From Hyphochytrium catenoides (taxonomy: Eukaryota > Protista > Hyphochytriomycota): DNA of 43,121 nucleotides. The notes beneath the pieces are model-generated. The model saw only the letters and a list, made by a program, of their open reading frames with translations, did no database searches and had not been told where the DNA came from. This document shows positions 9,637 to 22,900 of the stretch, piece by piece. The position numbers were made by a program, and so were the translations under genes. Position 1 is the stretch's first letter, and each line of letters starts with the position of its first letter. The DNA lies in contig FLMG01003322.1 of assembly GCA_900088475.1 (NCBI GenBank), forward strand, positions 1 through 43,121, given 5' to 3'.

Positions 9637-9983
9637 GTCTAAACTGGCTATGGCATTCTTCCGCTCGTGTCTGCTGCACGTTCTACAGTCTCCGCGTCCC
9701 CCTCCGTCTTTGCGTCAGTTATTCTCACTCCCGATCATGGCCGCTATCCTCTCCGGCGGCTTAAGGTATCCAGCGGTTTGGCTAGCTAATCAGGCCCAGA
9801 CTTGAACACTAGCCCATAACCATGAAAGTACACTACAGCCAAGAATCGCTACGATGTCAGGCTCCTCAATTATATCCAGTCAACTATCGGACTGATATTG
9901 AAAGATAATTTTGGCGCACTGACTGCGTGCCACTTTCTCATTTTAGGTGACTCTTCCTTGTTTCTATCCTCTGGCCGGTCCCC

Positions 9984-11012
9984 CTAGTGTTTGGAAGGGG
10001 ATGAGTACGAAGAATCTGATCTAGCTATGTCCCTTCTTATCATGAATGACACTTCGTTGCTCATGGCAAGCTAGTAGGTGACAGTAGTAGCCAACGACTA
10101 GGAACTAGTGGGCCGTTGTTTCTTTCTAACCCTGACCTGAAATCCTGAGATCGTTTTGCACCTGTTCTCTTCTAGTCTTGTCATTCTTCAGGTATTATGG
10201 TAGCTCAACCGCAGCCGCTGCTCTAGCCGTACTCTATTGCAAAGTAGCCTTTCTTGTTGCTCATCTTCTTCGCCCTCTGCGCCTTATGACCACGACGACA
10301 TTGCCAGAGATCATCCCAATCAAAATCGACAATCATGTAAAGCTTTCCGTATTAAGAGGACCTCATGATGCTCACGAGGTTGCTACTGTGTGTCGCGCCG
10401 TCTCCAGGTCAAACCAGCACATGCCGCATAGCACCTACAATGTTTCCTGTGTCACCTCGAAGAATAGCGAATGGATTTGCCCACTGGAGATCCACAGCTG
10501 GCAGTCCTGCCCAGTGAAGGAAGTCTCAGAAGCTTGTAAGCTGCTCTAGAACTTCCTTTCTAATTTTGAAGCTTCTGCAATGGCAGCGGATGGCACGGAT
10601 GATGGAGCGACGTGCCAAGATCTTCAAAAGGTTTGAAAGTATGGGAATGTTTCAGATAGGGGTAAATTAATTTTGCAGGTTGTAATATCAATCCAGATGA
10701 ATTATTCGCAATCAATTACAAGGAAAGCTTCATTGAAAAGATGTAATTCCTCGTCTCTGGAATGTGAAGCTTTAGATCCAGAGAATCTGACAATCTCTAC
10801 ATACATCATAAGTGCCCGCAGACTCAGCGACAAACTGCACTGACCTCGAGCTTCATTGTGGACTTGGAAGGTCTTGAACTTCACTGCCTTCGTTCAGAAG
10901 TCCGTCTACTGTCCTCGTTGCACAGCGTTTCTTCTGCTTGAGAAGGACCCTCTGGTCAAGGCATCTTGAGATCGTAGCAAAGAGCGGTACCCGAGCAGAG
11001 CATCCCTTCCAT
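9984..11012 (-). CDS. Hypothetical multi-exon gene (~135 aa) of unknown function
   Basis: A phase-consistent chain of GT-AG exons can be built by eye (see findings). No recognisable homology, and alternative splice solutions exist. Confidence 0.3.
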
Positions 11013-11028
11013 TTGCCGATTAGAAGAG

Positions 11029-11566
11029 ATGGCTAGCAATCAACAGCAAACGACTATCAATGCCAACCTCTTCTCGGAGATGATGAAGAGGTAGGTAAAC
11101 TTTATCATAATGTTATGCAAGACCCTGAGGGGCTTCTCATGGACAATTGCTTCTCAGATACTCCGATACGACACCGAAGAAGGTGCAGCTGATTGACTCC
11201 TTCATTGTCTCGGCCTTGTGTTCGGGAGCAATACAGTTCCTCTATGTTCTATTAGTGGGCACCTTCCCTTTCAACTCCTTTCTCTCTGGCTTCGGTACAG
11301 CAGTCGGGCTCTTCGTGCTCACAGGTGGGCTTATAATCTCCTTCTGGCCTTCGCCGTCTTTCCACACCCCAACTTTTGGATGATACTTTCAAGCTTTGCT
11401 GAACGCATTAGCACTAACTGTCCTTCTCTTTCTTTGCGTAGTGTCGTTAAGAATGCAAGTGGAGTCATCAAAAGAGTTCCGTGGAAGTAGTCCTGAGCGA
11501 GCCTTTGCAGATTATATTTTCTGTGCACTTATTCTTTTCTTAGTAGCAATGAACTTCTTAGGTTAA
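11029..11566 (+). CDS. DAD1: Oligosaccharyltransferase subunit DAD1/OST2; exons 11029-11090, 11158-11324, 11442-11566
   Basis: Spliced translation MASNQQQ...YSDTTPKKVQLIDSF...IQFLYVLLVGTFPFNSFLSGF...VLTVSLRMQV...SPERAFADYIF...MNFLG*. Two GT-AG introns; branch point ACTAAC in intron 2. Confidence 0.97.
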
Positions 11567-11757
11567 CTCTGCCCTGCAAGGATTTGGACGACGGGAAATG
11601 ACCGAAAGACGACCTGCGCAATTTGTCTCCAGGGGAGATGAGATCAGCTTTGGGGACTTAGAAGAACTGCTAGCAACGTGAGCCAAGCAAAATTGACAGA
11701 GCAAAAAGAATAGACATCCCTACTCTCGAGCGTATCCTAGAGCAGGCGCCGCTTTCG

Positions 11758-11857
11758 TTAATCTATAATAAACACCTCTTATACAGTCTAATAATGCTTC
11801 TTCCTTCTTTAATCTATAAGAAACACTCTTTATACAGTCAGATAACGTTCCTTCCTT
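11758..11857. repeat. Two-copy 51-bp tandem duplication spanning the DHHC stop codon
   Basis: TTAATCTATAAtAAACACctcTTATACAGTC... at 11758 and TTAATCTATAAgAAACACtctTTATACAGTC... at 11809. Confidence 0.85.
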
Positions 11858-14744
11858 GCCGAACGCGGCCCATGGGTAGAGTAGTGCCTCAGGCCAAGAT
11901 CCTCGAAGGTGGGAAGGAAAGATATGATCTTCCAGCTGTTAAAAGAAAAGCAAGGCGCGACGTACATTAGTGAGCCAAGCGAGTTCAGAGGAACTTCAAG
12001 GAAAGAAATCGAGCGCCAAAGAAGCTCTAGCTTTCTAGCTTCCCCTCACCGTGTTGGTCCGAAGACCTCCTCCCAGTTCTGGTGTGAGTCTCCTGTATGA
12101 TAGTCCTTGTAGACCTGCAGAAGAGAAGCAACGACGAGACACTTAGAGTTAGGCAAAGTTCGCCGCTCAGCCGTCAGATCCTCCGCTTCTGCTTACTCCC
12201 CAACATCCGCCGCTTCAAAAGAGAATTTTAAGACCTCCTTGGCTCTTGCGCACCTGTGCGTCTAGTCTTTTGCCTCTCTTCTTATGTGTATCCTTTTCAC
12301 CCTAATTGTGCCTTTTAACCGATCTTTTCTCATTTCCTCTTACCGTTCTGCCATTTGACCTTCTTCGGCCCAAAGAGGCATAAAACTCTATAGTAGTCTG
12401 GAGCCATGCGGAGAAGTCACACATAAGAAATATGGAAGATGTCGTCTCAGGTACCTCATCTCTCTCTCCCGCCCTTATCACCTTCGATTGTCTCCTAGAA
12501 ATCATTTGTCACAGTTTTTCGGTCTCACTGTGCGCTTCTTTCCGAGCTCTTCCTCTCCCTTCGTAAAGCTACCTTTACCAATCCTTACTATAGAGCTGTC
12601 AGGTCTACGAGTACCCTACCTGGTTACTCAGTATGAGATAGAGATGAAATGACAGCAGGATTCCGACAGCCGCCGTACAAGACAGACAAAGAACGAAGCT
12701 CAGGCTTATAGCTATATCCAAGGACACTGCAAACCTCCCAAAAAGATAGATTGACCGCTTTAAACAAGAGAGCGAAGTCAGTCAGACAATGAGCAAAGAG
12801 AATTGCAAAGCGAGAGGATGAAGCAGGAACCAAAGTCTGAAAAGAACGTCATGCCAAAGAAAAGACACGCACCTGATTGTATTTGCCACCCTCCGCCAAA
12901 AAGGGCTTGGCGCTGAGGAAAACTGAGTAGAGACAGCCCACAACCAAATGAAAGAGGAACTTCACGAAGTACTATTTTAAGATAGAGCAAAACGACTGTG
13001 AGTTCCGATATATCAAACGGGCCTTCAGCCTTAAGTTGCACCACCTTATAGTTGTTCTCCCCTACGCAGTTATTGATCCACGGACCTTACATGGGATGAT
13101 AGGTTAGGCAGAGTAGAACTCTGGTGGCAATGACACGCAAGCATGCCGACAAACAAAATAGATCATTGATAAGAGATAGGCAGAAACACGGAAGAAGAGG
13201 GAAGACGATGCAGGAGCCGACCAAAACGTGAGTGAGCCACATGGGTACTTCTTACAATGGTGATCCATCTTCAGAACACACATCCCACACGCCGAGCAAT
13301 GATGAGCTCGCTCGGGACGGTAGGCAGAACCTAAGGAGTGAGAAGTGGCAACGGGTAGACATATGAAAAAGGTCAGAGTACTGCCCGGTGGCTCCAGCTG
13401 TCCAGGCCATTATAAGCTACACGATACCAGGGAAGAAGAAAGGAAAAATGAGAGCAACGCTGCAAACAAGATCAGCTGTCTGAAAGAAGAGAGGTATGCC
13501 ACAAGTAAGGACGTCGGACCATTCTAAGAGGCAGAGGACGAACTGGCAGCGCCAGGGTCTCGCTCTACCAATGGCTAGGTCGAGAAGATCAAGCTGCGTA
13601 GATTATAAAGTGACTGAAGACCCTTTCAACAGGCGCTTTTCTATCTTACATTGGCCGCAGTAAGTGTAGGTTCCTACTCCTGGCAAGCCCTCATTCATTG
13701 GAACATCATGAGACTGAACGATGCGTATGCCGCTGGCCGGTCTGCGGCAGAAGTCTGATGGGGAAGAAGGCTCCAAGCTCGTTTCCTCACACTCCGAGGG
13801 GAGGCGGTCACGTACGTAGCCCTGCCGGAGGGAAAGAGGGAACAGCTGTAAGACATGTAAAAGGCCCGAGGAAGAGAAGAGGCATAATTTTACGGCGGTT
13901 TACACGGAAGAAACCTCTTAGGAGGCGGATGGTGAGCTCTGCCTACCGGTGATAAAAGCACTGCCGCTAAATAGTTGTGCACAATGTTGAACAGGATCAT
14001 GAGCCCAACAAGCACGTAGATTACATACTAGGCGACAAACGGTGTTGGAGAGGAGTCCACGGTGCAGGAGGAGCATATGAAATAGGAGTAGAGGGAAATA
14101 GAGTGTACGAGCTACGACAGCCAATACGAAGGCGCATGAAGCGGTCTGAATGACTTGCACGAGGAATATGGGACAGTGTTGAGAGACCAACAGAAGCGAG
14201 CGTATTGATATGGGCAAGTGACGCCATTATTGAGAGAGGAGCAAAGAGACAAGCCAGCAGAGTCAACTCTTAACGCCAGCTAGGGCCGGACGAGGTCAAG
14301 AGAAGGCGTGGGAGAAAAGTTCGGAAGGTCCACGACTCCACCAGCACTTGGTGATAGAACTGTAATGTGGACTCACGGCAACTTGGTCAGAGTCCGCAGC
14401 GACCGGCACCAGAAAGGAGAGGGCAGTAATCGCAATCACAGCAATAAGCCCTGCAAATCAAAAGCATAAGCGTTGTGGCCTACTTTCCCTGACAACTTTA
14501 CGCTGAGCGTTCTTCTCCTTGTTACTCTCGGCGTGTTTGTCCTGCCCGATCACACCCTCACTCACTTAGCCCTTGGAGCCATATTGAACAGTGTCCATCC
14601 TCTCCAACTCTCTACTTTGATCATGCTTTAGAGCATTTGACAGCACCTACCGAAGCCAAAGCACACCAAAGCAGGACCTAGGTACTTGATTAGCAGGTCT
14701 CCAGCCACATCCGCCCAGGCAAGGCAGCGCTCTGAAATGCTCAT
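11830..14744 (-). CDS. DHHC palmitoyltransferase (ZDHHC family, ZDHHC16-like), multi-exon
   Basis: Exons encode MSISERCLAWADVAGDLLIKYLGPALVCFG, ILFNIVHNYLAAVLLSP, YCGQC/SAYRPERAHHCSACGMCVLKMDHH/CPWINNCVGENNYK, the TTIEF motif, NWEEVFG, and a final exon ...KERYLTV* (TAA at 11830-11832). Some internal exon boundaries are unresolved. Confidence 0.93.
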
Positions 14745-15017
14745 GGTACTCCGTCCTCCAGCCCTTGCCGGTACGGCCCTTCTCACAGCCGTCAGCCGTC
14801 AAAACCTTCTGAGGCTCAACAAAGCATGTTCAAAAGGATAGTCTTGCTCGAATGACTCCCAGCGGCTGTGTCGGAAAACCCGTTTTACTCCTCGATCTGT
14901 AGCTTTGTCCTTGTCTAGAGGAAATATGATACTCGCTGGCTTGGCACAGCTCTGTAAACCCTAACCCTCAATGGCCTCGCGGCCTATGTTCTATCTCGAA
15001 GTGCAAGCCCTATTCAG

Positions 15018-18000
15018 ATCATAAGTCTGCCAGCTCTTCGTTCTTCTTGTCCTGCTCTTCACTTCCTGCTGAACAACCTGCGCTTGGAAGCTTCAGCGTC
15101 TGCTTCGCTGGCGACAGTGCTAGAAGTATGCGTCTCCTGGCGCTGCTTCTGCCTCGCTGCTGATGGTTCAACATCAGAAAGTTGGGAAACTAACAACCCA
15201 ACAGTCCTCAGTGTGAGAACCCAGGAGGAGGTCTGGGGGAGCCAAGCTCCAGGGGGAGGTGTGTGAAGTACAAAAGAGAGCATTTTCTTCGAGAAATTTT
15301 TTACTAATTCTGAAGCTTCTGATTGAAGATGCAGATGCTGCACCTGCGGAGGACACACAGGAGTTCGACGGTGATACTGATGAACTTCTGAATGTTTTTG
15401 CAGACTTGCTAAGGTCTGTTGACAGCCTGGGTGTGGGTCCAGCTCTTTTTCCAAGAAAAGACAATAGAGGAAGAGGTAACTGAGAAAGAGTCGCTGACAG
15501 ATGCGCGATAAGGTTGCAAACGAGGAGAAGAGTGGCGAACCTGCGTAAGACCGGTCGTCACGGACAACGACGTTGGGGCCATGCCGGCTCTTCAACGGAA
15601 GGTTTACGCTTGCGGACAGGTAACGAAAAACCGGATACAATGTGTGGCTTGCTCTGCCCATTTCCTAGCCATGAATTTCCTCTTGAATCGCAGAACACAT
15701 GTGGGGAATTATCTATCACAAGTTGCGATGACAGGATCACGGCGCCCGCACTAATGGAGGCTCAACCTGAACACCCTGTGAGCATTGCAGCCGGGAACGA
15801 GCTATCCATAATAGTCACCGGTAAGACAATTTTAGAACGAGAAGTTGAGATTTCTGTAACTAAAGCACTACTACACGTAGCCGCTTGTGAGGAGTTTGCT
15901 TGTGGGCTGAATGAGCTGTACGTATGAAGATGGTCTTGGGACGAGTCTAATATTCTGCAGTGCAGAACGTTCGTGTCCTTTCTGTGTTATTTATCTCCTA
16001 GAAGCGCTCTACTTAACTCCTTCCTGCAAGTTCCTCGGGTTTTGCTTATAGAGCGCCTGCTGTATCTGTGTCCTTTTGTTATTACCTCTAAATCCCAAAC
16101 CTCGGTGTATACTTTTGATATCTTGCAGTCCCTAAATCTTTTGTCTACCAGCGGTCAATGTGGCAGCAACAAGCCCCAGAATGTTCCATTCTTAGAAAGA
16201 GTTCAAGGTTTGGACGGTGTGGCCGTAGCAAACGTAGGGAGCCTTAACGGCAGCGAGCACCAGCTGATACTTACCAGTACGGACCTTTAGCTTACGTGAC
16301 TCTCAGTCCGTTCAATGGGCTTCTATTTTACCTCTATTGTCCGACTTGGTATTATTCGTAGTAGGTCAATTTCTGTCTTTTACTTCCGCTCACTGATGTC
16401 TCCCTATGTTCTAATTATCGTGCCCTTTATTGACAGCCTTACCGCGAAGGGGGGACCATCCTCTTTTCGCCACGTTCACTCTCTGGCTATCTCTCCTAAG
16501 CCTGCGGCAGGCCTACCGATTGTATTGAGTGTCCATTCTGTAAAGTGGCATCAACTACTTTTTACTCCCACTCTATCTTTTGCTGTTCTTATATCTTAGA
16601 GTTAGGCGAGGTCTTTGTGCTTGGGAACAACTCTGAGGGTCAGCTAGGGTTAGACTTGAAGTCTCCTCTTCCAACTCCAGTCCCTCGAATCTTGTCCTCT
16701 CTTCAGAGAGTGAGAGTGAAAGCAGTCGCGTGCAGCTTCAATCATAGCTTTGCAATCACAGGTTACTCCCGGACTATCTCTTGACACCAACCATGTCTCA
16801 TTCACGTGGCCTTTGTCAGCTGTAATGTGTGACGAACTCCTTTGTTGGCAAGACATCCCTACGTGTCATTTTCTCCGTTACTGTTTGGAGCTCTTCCTGG
16901 CTCCTTGAGTCCTAATCGTTGCAGTTGCCATCTCCTAAATCTTTGCATAACCTCCGTTTGCTCTCCAACCACGCTTTGGAGAATCTAGATCATGGGTCTG
17001 CATTCTCCTGGGGCAGGTAAGCCGGCCTACTTGATCAAGACTTTGGTCATCTACTCTCACATTTCAGTATGTGTAGAAACGACGCGGGACAACTGGGACT
17101 GGGAGATACCTATAGCCGCTGCTCTCCGGAAGAGCTCCCCTCAGTCTCAGACGAGCGCTTTGTATACGTCTCCTGTGGGCTGAATCACACCGCTCTCTGC
17201 ACGGGTACGTCTATTTCTGGATCATTCGGGACGTTTTAGCGCGTCTGTCGTCCCACTTCCGTTTCACTTGCTGTGGTCTCCGCTAGTCACATATAAATTT
17301 GTTCTCTGTGCTCTGGACGGGCCAAGGTCTGCATCAGCGATCCTGTAGTCTTTGTCCTGCGCTTGACCTTGCTCATTGTACCTATGGTACTCGGTGTCGT
17401 TATAACTCGAGACCCCGCAGTATATGTGATCATAATTCCATCTTTGGCTCCGCTGATGCTGGGAAATTTGACAGCACTTTCCTGTATATGCTTCCCACGC
17501 TAACTGAAACGCTGGAAGATGCTGGTAGAGTATATGCTTGTGGAAAAAATGACTACGGGCAGCTAGGGCTTGGTAATGTTTGGGACTCTCCAGACCTTCG
17601 CGCAATTCCTCTAAACCTCAGAATAAGAGTCTGGAGGACCGCCTGCGGGTACTCCCACACACTCTTCCTCTCGACCGACGGTGAAGTGCTTGGCTGCGGA
17701 AGTAAGCAGAGCGCCTCCGCTGCTTATTCCTTAAAATCGTTGAGGTTGCCTTCTGGCCCCACGGTATCCATCTTGCCCTTTATCCCTGACTATTATTCAT
17801 CTTTTTTCGTCTGCTGTCTCGTGTTAGTTCCGCACTCTCCCCCTCTCGCAGTGCCATGTGTTGACTTCTTCGTCCATCTCTACCTATCCTCTTTGTAGCA
17901 TATATGACTTACTCAGTAACCACATTGGCTAGGAAATGACTATGGCCAACTTGGATTAGGGCAGAAGCGTCTCTCAATAATCTCGCCAACCGTAAGTCAG

Positions 18001-19794
18001 CACCCTAAGGAGGAAGTAAAGGAGGATAGAAGGTCAATCTTGGATTATTGTGAGAGTGTCAGGGGCTAAAACTGCACTGCTTAGGCCATCAGTTACCTTC
18101 AGGGTCGCCGAATTACTCAGCTCTCTTGTGGTAGCTATCACTCCCTACTAGTGGACGAGACAGGCAGAGCCTTCGCTTGTGGTCGGTAGGTGCTGACTGA
18201 AGAGCCCACTTTTCTTCACTACTTTATTTAACAACCCAACCTCCCTATACTGGATGGTTTTCCTGTTTTCCACCTGTAAGAAACAACCACGGCCAACTAG
18301 GCATCGGTTCATTGGTAGACTCGACAATCCCTCAGCCAGTGCTTATGCCATTTAATGAGAGGGTCGCCCAGGTCAAGATCATCTTTCTCTCTCCTACGCG
18401 ATTATGTTTTCTGCCAATGGATTGGCATCAATACCGTCCGTCTTCAATCATGCCTCCAACCCAACGAGAGCTAATTTCTCTGTTTGTAAAGGTTGCGGCA
18501 GGCTTCTACCATTCGCTTTTCCTTACAGGGCCTCAGATAGCAGCAGACGGAGGAGTTCCTCTCCCTTCTCTCGGATCCGATCTCTCGCGGCTTGTGAATA
18601 ACCCACTCTTGAGTGACATACAATTTCGGGTGGAAGGCGAAACCTTCTATGGCCATCGATGTATTATAACCATGAGGTCCGTCCTTCAAGGTCTCTCCAT
18701 TATGCTACCGTCGGTGGCTTTGACCCTCAGACCCTGCTTCTTTGTATATAACAGTTCTTCAGCCCGTCAGGCGGACGCTCATTGTCTGCCCTTCCTCTCC
18801 AACCTCCGTGTATTATAAGTTAGTAGTATTGCTTGTTTATCTCGATACCACTCCTCTCATCAATCTCTATATCCGTCGTTGGCCCTGACACTCTTAGCCG
18901 CTGGAGTCATTCAAGTACTTCGCAACGTATTCTTTCTAACATTGCCTTCCTTAGATGTGAGATGATGGCCAGAATGCTGCAAAGCCAGATGATGGAGTCC
19001 ACACAAGATACGATAGAGATCAAGGATGTAAAGGTACCTAGACACAGATGCTAGCTCTCCAAAATCCGCAGTTCAATTCTCCCTTCAGCCAAGTTCGATA
19101 CCAGAATGGTTCTATTCGCTGAGTAACCTCACATATACCTGAAGCTCACCTTCGCTGGTCATAGGCTGAAGTCTTCTTGGCTCTGTTGGAGTTTCTATAC
19201 ACAGACGATGTGAAGATGATCAGCTGCGGACAATATGACTATGACCTCGCATTCGATTTGCTAGCAGCCAGTAATAGGTTCTTGCTAGACAATCTGACAC
19301 GGTAGGTTTGAAAAGCTAAAGAGGTGGAGATATTTTTGAGAATCCTCCTCGCTGAACTGGCTTTGGTTCGTTTGTAAGGATATGTGAGACTGCTCTGGAG
19401 CAGCAAATATCAGTGGAGACCGTATCGCGGATACTGCAGGTTAGCTCTTCCCCATTCTGTCTGGGCTTCATAGCTCTCGAATGGCAAGTCAATTAGACCG
19501 GTTAAACAACTCATTCCGTTGTCAATGTCCGTGTAGGGAGCTGAAAGTCGCTTTGCACGTGGGCTAAAGGCAATTTGCATGAACTATGTTCTTGCGCATC
19601 TCCATGAGGTCACCGCAACATCGGTAAGATTCGAATTTGCCTAGAGTCTCTTAGTTTGTTTTTCTTTCCTTGTGACACGTTCCGCTCTGTCCTTACCTTT
19701 CGCTCTTTACTAGTCATTTCTTCTTCTTCCGGAGCAACTAAAAGTGGAGATACACAACGCTGCGTCGAGGCTAGGGATCGACATGAGCACCTAG
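15018..19794 (+). CDS. RCC1-repeat + C-terminal BTB domain protein (RCBTB-like), many exons; 5' end unresolved
   Basis: Repeated RCC1 motifs (GEVFVLGNNSEGQLG, GRVYACGKNDYGQLGLG, ACGYSHTLFL, SCGSYHSLLV, VAAGFYHSLFL), then BTB (LVNNPLLSDIQFRVEGETFYGHRCII...FLALLEFLYTD) and a BACK-like tail. Stop TAG at 19792-19794. Confidence 0.92.
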
Positions 19795-19923
19795 TGCTGA
19801 GGCTCGTTATGCCCGTTATAGAGGTAGGAAATATAAATAGAAGATGGCGAAATAAATAATAAATAAAGACTGAGCAGCGACCTATAATATCGCTCTTTTG
19901 TACCGTCATTGACCTCTTCCATG

Positions 19924-22900
19924 TCATCTAGGGCTTTGTATTCGATGCAGCTTTTTCTTCAAATAACTTCTTTCCCCTTCTTTTACCATGGTCTCCTTAT
20001 GTGCACCGTCTAGCATCATCTTCAGTATTCGAATCTCTTCACTTTGAGCGGCCATCTCAGCTCGGAAGGTAGAAGTCTCCATGGCAATCTGATGTCGTAG
20101 CTGTTCTTTTAGACGTTGCAACTCTCGCTAAAGGTAGGAAAGATGTATCTTTAGTCCTCGATCCTGCATCAAGGCATGCCTACCCAATGACTATTCATAC
20201 CTTTGTGGCTTGATGTTCATCAGTCTCTCTTCTAAGCTTAGATGAGAGACTATTATGAGATGATCTCTCCTCGTCTGTGATCGAAGTGAGATCTCGGAGC
20301 TATGTAGGGCACCCGAGGTTAGCTTGGACCCTTAATGAATGGCAGGACCATAGATTTCATGTTGACGAGGCACGATTGTATACCTGAGTGAGTAGCGTGC
20401 GGATCTTGAGATCTCTATCCTTAATTTGTTTTTGTTGCTCAAGGTCTCGCCTTTCTGCCCGCTGAAGAGCCTGCTCTTGTTCAGAAATCTCGGCTGTTGC
20501 TTCCTTCAACCTCGTCTTTGGTCAAGAGCTTAGTTTTGCATGGACTTGACTGCTGACATGCCGTTGGTGGTTGGCTGGCTTACCTCGTACTTAAGCCCGT
20601 GCTGTTGATATTCGCCTATACTTTCCTGAAGTTTGGAGACCGTACTCTCCAGCTGGGCTATTGTTGCAGTGGCAGAGCCTAGCTTCTCCTCTAGCGCTTT
20701 TATTTGTCTTTTTGCTGCGATATCGAAGGCCAAACCTTAGTACTAGACAGCAAGCTTACATTGCAGACAGATTTAGCTACCTTTCGTTCTCACTCTGTCA
20801 AGCTCAGCGTCCACCGCCATATCAGACTCCCTATGCATGTTAGCAAGGCGACCGCCTGCATCCCTGCACCCATACAAAATTGAAATGCAAGCATTACCGG
20901 ACGTCGTCAAACACCGATATTTTGGCTGGCTGTCGACTTTACGACCCTCTAGGTATTCCCCGTCCAAATATAAGAGGTCTCGCTTAAGATCATAGCGGCG
21001 CGAGTCATGCTCAACAATGGTCGGAGTTGTCGCAAGCCAAATCCTTCCACCATCATCATTGTAACTTATGACTGCAACCTACCTTGCAATCATCCAAGAG
21101 CTTATCACTTCAGCTTCAGCGTACACCTCTGCCATCGCTTTGACGTAATTCTCTTCGTTTGACTCATCAGATCCTTAAGCAGGAGTTAGTGAACGTCAGA
21201 CGGTTATGCCAAACGCTATTGAACAAGCTGAGTCTTACTCCGCTTTATAGGCGAAAGCATATCGGCAGACGCTTGCCTTAGTGCTTTCAGCGCGTCTAGG
21301 AGCCTTCTAATGAGATCTCCAGCTTTCACGTGTCCTGTCTCTATTGCTTTACCCTTGTAAGGAGAATTCTTTTCTAAGGATGGCGAATCTGCAGCTTCCC
21401 AATTTCTGTTATCTTGTAAGCTGTAGAGCGAAGGTCAGACTCTAAAACGCCAAGGCATTTTGCCAATGGACTCACCTGTAGCTTCCTACGGATGCACCTA
21501 TGAGTGTGGGGGAAGGCATATCAGGTTCGACTATCTTATTCCCTTTGAGGACCGTTGAGCGTCTATTGTTAAGATGAAGTAGGGTCGGCAAACGACCTCA
21601 TAACTGCAATGTGCCCACCTAATGCTTCTTTCTGTGAAAACGGTCCTGTACGTCGCCCATTAGCAGTCTCAGCGTAATCAGGGGCATTTATCGAGCCTTC
21701 TCCCAGCGCCGTGGTACGGACCTCAGACTCCTACGAAGGAGTATTGAGATGTGTCCAACATGAGGAACTGAGCATACAGCTACCTTGAATGTCACAACCC
21801 TTTCGTCGTCCTTAAGGACTTCCCATGTATTACTGGCGCCGTCCATCTCGTCATGGCCTGGGCTGAGACCCTCTGCTGATCTTTCAGAATCATGACCTTG
21901 ATGCTGGTGTGAACCAAGGCCTTCAGAGGATGTCTGGGACTATGATTTAACGAAACTGTCAAGCCCATTTATTCCCGGGGGTTAGCGTGAAAGCGATCTC
22001 ACCGAATTTGGTTCTTGTTTTGGTCTGGGCCTTTGATCTTTGTGACTGTCCTCCAGTTTGGGTGTATTTGGATTGGTAGATGTTGAAGGCTTGGCCATTC
22101 TCTGTTCATGCAATCCTTCAATCCGATGCTCCACATCTGCTAATTGCTCTACATCTAAACTAGGTCTGTCTGCGATCGCTGCCGTGGTGACTGCACCATC
22201 AATCATCTCATCTTCATGTCCCCCCTCGTCATGGCTAATGGGAGCATCATGTTCGAGCCCTCTCAGGACACCACCTTCATTCTTTTGCGAGCCAGGCAAA
22301 GGGCCATCTTGAGTTCCTACTTCATCTTGCAAGTTGAAACTGGCGTTCCCCGTCTCCTTCGGGACATCTTTATTTTCCCCTCTTTGGCTATCGTCGGAAG
22401 GTGTCTCTTCAATAGCATCATCACGACGAACTTCAACAGATTGATCCTTGATGGAGTCAGATGTCAGAAGAGGCTAAGGGGAAGCAATGGCACCCTCAGC
22501 CAAGTATACCTGGGGAGCTTCTGAGGTAAGAGCCTCAGAACTCTTGATGGCTGCACTCTCTTCACCTCTGCTCACGTTGATCTTATCCAATGATTGCTTT
22601 TCGCCACTAACTATTGCCTGGTATTTTAATAAGAACCGACGAACATATCAGTACTATCTATGTAGCTCTTTATCTTGTTATTTGTCATGTCCGGCCTCCA
22701 CTCTTCAACGGTACTCTTTACTTTCGCGTCTAAATTCTCTTCTGGCCGCTTACCTGAGGTCTTTCTAGCCCCACCTGGCTGTGGCGCGGCCCCGGCTGTC
22801 GGGGCCAGGATTGATGTGCTTGTATGGGATTCCCCGCTCCTGCCGAAGCATTTACAATACCTTCTCCCCCGCCTGACGATACGGTAACCAGGTGCTTGAC

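Noticed and set aside
15059-15661. 200-aa minus-strand ORF
   Set aside because: Antisense to the 5' exons of the RCC1-BTB gene; no recognisable motif.
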